Positions 21,801 to 29,368 of a stretch of DNA of 29,368 nt are shown here, one piece after another (within the stretch, counting starts at the first letter, position 1; every line of letters starts with the position of its first letter). Under the pieces are notes generated by a model that made no database searches, was not told the DNA's origin, and saw only the letters and a list, made by a program, of their open reading frames with translations. This DNA is from Trichinella spiralis (lineage: Eukaryota): positions 2,772,205-2,801,572 of the forward strand of contig NW_003526944.1 in NCBI RefSeq assembly GCF_000181795.1. The letters run 5' to 3'. A program made the position numbers and the translations under genes.

Positions 21801-22372
21801 CCTGAACATAGCGTTGAAGGCGCAATGCAGTGCTATGAATTGTACGCTTAATGTTTTGTGCGGGTTGTGGTGAATATTCAGGAACACACATAAAATGAAG
21901 CTGTTGAGAGGCATAGATTCTCTTGTAACTACAATCTGTTCAATTCATGAAATGAAAAGTTCATTTCAATAATTTCCAAATAAATGATTTGCGCTGCATA
22001 TCTTTGAAGTGCTAGATGTTAATTTTTTCAGCTTTCGTTTTTTTATTCAAAAAATTACTGCCTTTACGTAATAGTCCTGTACATGATCAAATAAGTTTTA
22101 TAAATAATTCTGATTTCGAAATTCTCACTTTTTATGTTGCTCTGGAGGGTATTTTATATAATAACCCTACAATCGTCTTGGTCGTTGAATGCCGGGTTTT
22201 GCTGTGCTTTGGCACTGCGCGGGGCTTTATATTCATTGCACGTATTAATTAATGAGGCATGGTTGCGTTATCAATAGCGGAGCGCTTGTTCGCTTGATTA
22301 ACGTGGCTAGCACGGGGCTGAACATAGCGTTGAAGGCGCACTGATTTGCTATGAATTGTCCGTTTAATATTT
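18839..22372. repeat. Tandem satellite array, 514-516-bp unit, ~6.9 copies
   Basis: The marker AACTAC(A/T)ATCT recurs at 18839, 19353, 19868, 20383, 20897, 21411 and 21927. Units are highly similar and the last is truncated near 22372. Confidence 0.97.
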
Positions 22373-23059
22373 GGACGTTTAATGCTTGGTAGGACGTACC
22401 TTGTATTGTTTGTATGGTTATGGTGATATTGTATGTCCACATGGTATTGTTAAGCTAAACGTAAGATTACCGTAAATAAAGGACGGTAAGAATTTAGTCC
22501 CCTGAAGACCAAACTGAATTTCGAACAACTATGCAGAACAAAAAAATCTCACTTCTCACTCTCCCCCTGGTAATCTCTTACGCCCGTCTAGGGAGGCGCG
22601 TCCACCGGGTTGAGAAACTCTGATTTAAAGGAGTGAATCATAGAAGTAGTATTTGCTGAATGGGTGCTCCATGCAAATTTGTGTACAATCGTAATGTCTT
22701 TGCTAGCGTTAATTCGGTTGTGAAAGTTGATGGCGTACTGTTTGAGGCGGGCGTAAAATGGGGATTGCTCTGGGATGACCAAAGAAGAATAGCAATCTGA
22801 ATTGCTGTATTTTCTTTATCACTTCACTTTTTTACCTTAATTAATTTGCTTTCTTAAAATTCAACTGTAGGTAGAGGAGAGCGCTGTTGCAACTTAAGTA
22901 ATCTTATTCCTTTCCGTTAGCCTGTTAATTCGTTAAGCTTTAATGAAGAGATCTTCACCTCATAATATTACTAAATTTGAACTGTAATTTATCGATCGCT
23001 AAATTATATGACATATTATTAATTATAGTCTATTGAAGGTTTTGTTCAAATTTATTTAC

Positions 23060-24770
23060 AGTCGTCATAGTAATCTGTGTGGAGAACATCGGTGAAGAAG
23101 CGCGATGAAGTCGCCTCTTTAATGTCATCAATAGTTGAAGGGTAAGTTATTTTTAGAATTGTACTAACGTTTTTTGCAGGTAACAATAGTTTCGCTGACT
23201 AACCTTCAGATCAGTTTCACTGCGTGGATATGTTTTAATTTTTACATATAATCGACTATCCATACTAATTCACACGTCGTTGCGCTATGTAGGCACTTAC
23301 TTAAAAAACGTTGTTATGCATTAAGACGTAAAAAACGTTAAATTATTTTGTAACGTTTCATTGAAAGCAACCGCAAACATGTGGAATAAATGGCTTCTAA
23401 AGTTGGCACATTGCTTTTATTAATACACAGTGAGTTCGTCAATTTGAAACTTTCTTTAAACACAACCAGAATGCCTGAGTTTCCTGAAATGGAACCCCTT
23501 TGGTATTTCAATGAAAATATCATTCAGCATTTCATATCTCAAACGGTACTTTTTGCGTTTCAGCGATCGAAGTTTCCTTCATTTTTAGGTCGTTTTGATT
23601 ATTTTTGATGGAAGTTGTTTCAAATCGACAGGAAATGGACATAGAACATTCGACATACTAACTTGATATTAATTTATGTCTTTGTAATCCACCACTGATA
23701 TCAATTTTCAACGTTATTTTATTTTTACATTGTCCTATCGTATGCTTTGCATATCTTTTATTTGTTAATAAACTGTCATTTTACGCATTACTATGCTGTT
23801 CATCATCTTTATTATTCAATTGACTTTCCAATGCTATTAAAATTATGGTTCTATGAGTGTATTTTCGCTTCCCAACACTCCTTGAATTCCGCTTATGTAA
23901 ATTAACTGAAAATGCACTAGTTTGCGAAAACTCTAATTGGAAATGCAGTAAAAGTAAATAAACTAACAATTGATCACAACTGAATGTCTCCATGTATGGT
24001 ATAAGATAAGATAGAAAAGATAAAGTTAATATTGCGCCAGAATCGTATTCTTCTCTCATTATTTTGTCCAAATCTTATTGGAGAAGTAAATCGAGCAAAG
24101 AAATTGCATTTTAAAATTTTGAAATTTTAAGGATGCTGTAGGCAATAAAGAAAAGGCAGGAACAAATTCAATTTGAAGCAGATACTTTTCTTCGCTCAAT
24201 TCTTTAAACAGCTCCGATAAATCTTCACAAAATCTTGTTTTTGCTTATTTATTTATATTTTATGTTTCATTTCTCCTACTTCCATTACATTAGATAAACG
24301 TACTAAAATTTTGAATAATATGCAATTGAAGAGTTTTTATGAAATCTGAAAAACAAATGGTTTTCCAGATTGACATTTATGAAAGGAATAAACGCAACAT
24401 TGCATGAAATTTGCATTCCCATCACTCCATTTTGCCTGAATCTTATTCTAAATGCGCAATTAATTTAAGAGTATATGTTAACAAAATTTTAAGTTTTAGG
24501 AATACTGTAGAAATAAAAAAATTAGGCAAGAACAAATTCTGTATGTGGAACGGCATTTCTCCGCTCGATTCTTTAAAAATTTGCGATAAATCTTCAGAAA
24601 ATAATTTTCTCGCATACTTATTTATTTTGTATGTTTTATTTCTTTTCCTTTTATTGTCACTAATTTCTAATTTTTTCGACTTCGCCGTTTTGCGAAAAAT
24701 GGCCAAAAGTATTTCGTCGAATTTTTCACTTATTTGAATAGTGGATGTTCAAAATGATAAATAATCGTGT
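23060..24770. repeat. Old diverged long repeat, copy 2 (with internal deletions and a duplicated 3' sub-block)
   Basis: Homologous to 16620-18720 but lacks the counterpart of ~16920-17430. The sub-block ATCTTATT...CTGTAG...AGGCA.GAACAAATTC...TTTATTT occurs twice (~24070-24290 and ~24440-24660). Confidence 0.85.
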
Positions 24771-25129
24771 TATAAAAAATTTCAACGGAAACTGTGAGGT
24801 AGTTTTGAAAAAACGGCCTCGAAATTCATCGTGTTGCCCCTAACTTAATGCATGGGAAAGTTGTCCATCTGCAACTTCGTCGAAACGGAACTAGCATGCG
24901 TGATTTTCAGCGAATGTAATATTTTAAACATTTTAGAATGGGATTCAATCAAACTGCACTGTTTTGCGCATTCTTTTACTTGTTTAGGCAATCCATTTTT
25001 CCGTCTTTTTCTTGCTGTTTTTATTAATTCGTTGGAAGGTGCTTCAGAACAAGCTAAAATGGAAATAAATTTTTTTACTGTTCTCATTTTATATTAATTT
25101 ATCTTTATTTTATGCTAGAATGAAATGAA

Positions 25130-25920
25130 TTTTCAACATTATTTTCCTTCAACAAGGATTAATGCCTGAATGTCATAACGTACGCCTCGTCTGTCTAAAA
25201 TTGTTAAAAAAACTATCATTTCATTTAATAACATGTAGTTTATCATTTTTATTATACAGTTAGCTTCTCATTGATACCAAACATGTCCTTCTTTGAATTC
25301 TATTTCGCTTTTCAATTGTAGTTATACGCCGCATAAAAAATGTGATTTTAATGTGGACGTTTGAGATAACATTAGTATGAAATTGTAATAAAAGTGAATA
25401 AATTAAGAATACATCACAACTAACTGTGCCCTTTCAGGGTGTTTTTTCCAATCGTTTGAAATATTCACTTAAAGTTCAGAAATAGTAATGGAATATTGCT
25501 AGGAAAGGGCACCGAATGAGTTATTGCATTCGTTATAACTGAAAACACTAGTGCCTGAAATAAATGCTCATAAATTTTGAATAATATACAGTCGATGATT
25601 TTCTTTTGAGAAATGTGACAAAACATTTGGTTTTCAGGTTTGACATTTATGAAAAGAATAAATGGAATATTGCATCAATTTTCCATCCTCATCTCTTCAT
25701 TTTGTCTGGATCTTATTCAAGAAGCGCAATTAATCAAAGAAATTACGTTTACAAAAATTTGAGGTTTAAGAATGTTGTGGGCGATAAAAAAAATTTCAGG
25801 AACAAATTTTATTTGAATGATTTTTCTTCGCTCAAATATTCAAACGCTTTGTAACAAAGTTTCACCACTTGGCTTTTTTAGCGTATTTATTTTTTCGCTA
25901 TATTGTATTGTCCTTCTTTT
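25130..25920. repeat. Old diverged long repeat, partial copy 3
   Basis: More diverged match to ~17810-18580 and 24290-24660 (CATCACAACT, AAAACACTA.TGC, TTGACATTTATGAAA.GAATAAA, ATCTTATTC.A..GCGCAATTAAT, CAGGAACAAATT). Confidence 0.7.
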
Positions 25921-26223
25921 CCTTCTGAATAATATTATGTTTTACATTTATTTGTTTAGCAATATCACAACAAATACGTAAGAAGCAGTAGTGTGGCGAT
26001 GTTCGTTGTTGTTTAATTATTTTTCCGTTTGATATATACAATTTTAAAAGGAAATCGTTATATCGACCTTCTCGTAAATATCTTGCGCTATTATAGCCTT
26101 CGCTGTTTTATGGTGAACGTCGAACAACTTGTTTTTGAAATTTCTTTTATTGATCAGCTAATATTCACATTGCTAAATGATAGTATTATTGAGTTTCATT
26201 ACAGACTGCCGATTTATTTTTAA

Positions 26224-26310
26224 ATAAATGGGCAGCAAAGTTAGCGCATTACTTATCTTAATTCATCCCGTTGCCCTTCTATAACTTTCTTGAAATGGCA
26301 CCAGGATGCG
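26224..26310. repeat. Short fragment of the same old repeat family
   Basis: TAAATGG...AAAGTT.GC.CATT...AACTTTCTTGAAA...ACCAG.ATGCG matches ~17487-17577. Confidence 0.5.
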
Positions 26311-27923
26311 TTGTTATTCAGTTTACGTTACATTTCTGACATTTCAGTAAAGTGTGCATTCGTAATGAGCAGCATGGTCCATGATTTTACACGTTTGATC
26401 AATTTCATTTTCCTCATTTTACATTCATGCACTGCAGCAGGTGTTCAAATCAACACTTTAAAATAAATTAATCTATATTGTATAATATTACATAAAGGTT
26501 GAATACTAACGTATTAGCTTTTCTAATTAGTAAAATGCTCCAGTGTAATGATGTCACCACGCTATTACGATTTAAAATGGAATGATTGCACCAAGGGCAA
26601 TGTGATATTCTTAGCTTTTGGTCTTGAACCTGAGCAATTTTGAAGAATGTCATTGTCATTGTTATTTAGTTTATGAGTGTGTTCAGCAACAGTCAAGAAG
26701 TGCGTTCAGCACATCAACACGTTTAATTGCAAGTAAGTGATGTTTCATTCCTGATCTACCGTTCTGCTCTTATATGATTGACACTAAATAACCTGTAATC
26801 ACAGTTGGTGTCGCGGAATGCTTGTTTTCGTTATTATTATTGTTGTCCATCTGCATTAATACCTGCAATGTGCCTATATAAATTTAGATGTATTATGTTG
26901 AATGATTCTGTGCTCCAGCTGGAAACGGATTCTTATTCTAGCTGTTCGTGGGAGGAATAATTTCTGAATGCACAGCCAAATAACTGAATAAGTAATTTGT
27001 CTTTAATCTATCGAATGAGTTATGTGAATTCATTTGAAGCACTTTTAGCAATACCCAGAAAACAGTTTTTATCTAAAAGTATGTCATTTGAAAAACGGCG
27101 ACGATTAATTAAAATCTTTCCTGTTCAAGTTTTCTATTATTATTAGATGATTACGCTCTTATTACATCAAAGTCAATGTGATATGCTAATTGTATTGTAC
27201 ACTTACGCTTGCACAATTGTACAGAATGTGCTTTTTTTGGTCGACTATTCATTATGTTAATGTGAGGACCATCAGTCAAGCTGCGTTTTCCATTCTACTG
27301 TTTAAATCATTTGTGATTCAAAAATAATTTATGCTTCATATTTTATTCACATTCATTCTATGCTTGGTTTTCAGAGCAAAATTAATAATTTCCAGTTATG
27401 AGAATGAAAAATGGAATTCCTTTGGGAAATGTTTTGGAGAATGTATGTAATAAAATTGCATTGTCCATTACTTAACTAGTTCTTCCTCATTTCTTTTAAG
27501 GCTATTTATTATCCGCCTGCATATTTGACAGCAATATAAAATATTACGCATGGTGTGCAGTGTATAGAATAACAATTTCAAATTTTCCCAACTATTTGAA
27601 TATACTAATATACTAATTGAACCCATTATGCCAATACACTGCTCGAACTTGATGAAATGAATGTTCATACTATTTGCATTGGTGATCACTTCACATGCCT
27701 TTAGGCAAAAAGGCTTTCATTATATCAGACGAATTAATAAAGGTACTCTTTTAATTAACGCTGTTACGCGCTTACTCATCAAAAATTAGGCTGTTTTCTC
27801 AAAGACAACTTTACTTACTATCATACTATATTACAGAATGTCGCCTTAGTTGTCAGTCATTTTGTTTGTCGCCATATCAGAGGGTGCACAAATGTAATCA
27901 CACTCTAGTGTATTGTCTATAAT

Positions 27924-27933
27924 NNNNNNNNNN
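27924..27933. other. Assembly gap (10 N)
   Basis: Run of n characters directly abutting satellite sequence. Confidence 1.
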
Positions 27934-29089
27934 CACACATAAGATGAAGCAGTTGAGAGGCTTAGATTCTCTTGCAACTACAATCTGTTCTTTTCGTGAA
28001 ATGAAAAGGGCATTTCAATAATTTCCCAATAAAAAATTTGTGCTGCATATCTTTGAAGTGCTAGATGTTAATTTTTTCACTTTTCGTTTTTTAATTTAAA
28101 AAAACTACCTGGACGTTATAGTCTTGTACATCATCAAATAAGTTTTATAAATAATTCTGATTTCGAAATTCTCACTTTTTATGTTGCTCTGCAGGGATAT
28201 TTATTTAATAGCCCTGCAATCGTCTTGGTCGTTGAATGCCGGGTTTCGCTGTGCTTTAGCACTGCGCGGGGCTTTATATGGCATTGCACTTATTAATTAA
28301 CGTGGCGTGGTTGCGTTATGAATAGCTGAGCGCTTGTTCGCTTGATTAACGTGGCTAGCACGGGCCTTGGCAAAGCGTTGAAAGCGCACTGCAGTGCTAT
28401 GAATTGTACGCTTAATGTTTTGAGCGTGTTGTGGTGAATATTCAGAAGCACACATAAGATGAAGCAGTTGAGAGGCTTAGATTCTCTTGCAACTACAATC
28501 TGTTCTTTTCGTGAAATGAAAAGGGCATTTCAATAATTTCCCAATAAATAATTTGTGCTGCATATCTTTGAAGTGCTAGATGTTAATTTTTTCAGCTTTC
28601 GTTTTTTTATTCAAAAAATTACTGCCTTTACGTAATAGTCTTGTACATCATCAAATAAGTTTTATAAATAATTCTGAATTCGAAATTCTCAGTTTTTGTG
28701 TTGCTCTGCAGGGATATTTATTTAATAGCCCTGCAATCGTCTTGCTCGTTGAATGCCGGGTTTTGCTGTGCTTTAGCACTGCGCGGGGCTTTATATGGCA
28801 TTGAACTTATTAATTAACGTGGCGTGGTTGCGTTATGAATAGCTGAGCGCTTGTTCGCATGATTAACGTGGCTAGCACGGGCCTTGGCAAAGCGTTTAAA
28901 GCGCACTGCATTGCTATGAATTGTACGCTAAATGTTTTGAGCGTGTGGTGGTGAACATTGAGAAGCACACCTAAGATGAAGCAATTGAGAGGCATAGATT
29001 CTCTTGCAACTACAATCTGTTCTATTCGTGAAATGAAAAGGCATTTCAATAATTTCCCAATAGATGATTTGTGCTGCACATCCTTGAAG
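27934..29089. repeat. Second array of the same satellite, at least 2.2 copies, truncated on the left by the gap
   Basis: Marker AACTACAATC at 27976, 28491 and 29008; same orientation as the first array. Confidence 0.97.
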
Positions 29090-29174
29090 GGCAATATGAT
29101 AATTATTTCCCTTTCCATTGTTTATAGATATAAACTACCAGGACTATGAACTCTGCTGCTGATCCAATCAGCTT

Positions 29175-29326
29175 TCATGACGACTGCTCAAGCATTAGTT
29201 GACTAATTTCACTGTCCAACGGCGCCGTCTGTCCCGGAGGTGCCTGCAAGCCTAGGAATTTATTCACGGCCTGCTTTGGCTGCTGGATCTTCCTTTTTCG
29301 TTCCTTCTTCCCCCAACTGCACTGCT
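29175..29326 (-). CDS. Possible exon of a gene or relic starting beyond the window
   Basis: TTTACAG acceptor followed by a 49-codon open frame (QCSWGKKERKRKIQQPKQAVNKFLGL...EQSS*) in locally GC-richer sequence. No homology recognised. Confidence 0.2.
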
Positions 29327-29368
29327 CTGTAAATCATATACGCATGTGCTACCAACACGCACAACGCC

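Noticed and set aside
18839..22372. Satellite as CRISPR array, hammerhead ribozyme carrier, 5S rDNA or SL RNA array
   Set aside because: No unique spacers. No CTGATGA core with correctly placed GAAA and stems. No 5S similarity. No leader-GT-Sm site arrangement that I could recognise.
19155..22442. Recurrent 61-65-aa ORFs (MPLNCFIL...) on the - strand
   Set aside because: They are a by-product of the tandem repeat. The ATG is lost in some units (GGCTTAG variant), and there is no recognisable domain.
23338..27689. Short ORFs of 61-108 aa in the right half
   Set aside because: They lie in degenerate repeats or AT-rich DNA. Frames are generally not maintained between copies (the 17378-17566 / 23338-23523 pair only reflects DNA homology), and none has recognisable motifs.

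Overview
AT-rich eukaryotic genomic DNA with short GT-AG introns, most likely a nematode. Intron sizes, an MSP-domain gene and the ~515-bp satellite suggest a Trichinella-like clade I species; this is inference and was not verified. The left half (1-15 kb) is gene-dense: TAPT1 (-, runs off the window), a 9-exon alpha-1,6-fucosyltransferase FUT8 (-), a divergent 9-exon eEF1B-gamma (+), an NNMT/PNMT/TEMT-family methyltransferase (+), an intronless MSP-domain gene (-), and an unknown 4-exon gene (-) whose most natural splice model contains an in-frame TGA. The two long eEF1G introns hold a candidate box C/D snoRNA and a candidate box H/ACA snoRNA. The 3' pocket of the H/ACA candidate matches conserved LSU rRNA in an inverted, snR30/U17-like order, which is the most unusual signal I found. 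The right half (15-29 kb) has no convincing genes. It holds a ~7-unit array of a hairpin-dense 514-517-bp tandem repeat, a second array after a 10-N gap, and older diverged repeats that keep a conserved 38-nt intron-like module. Gene models were spliced by hand, and rRNA targets come from remembered conserved sequence and need checking.
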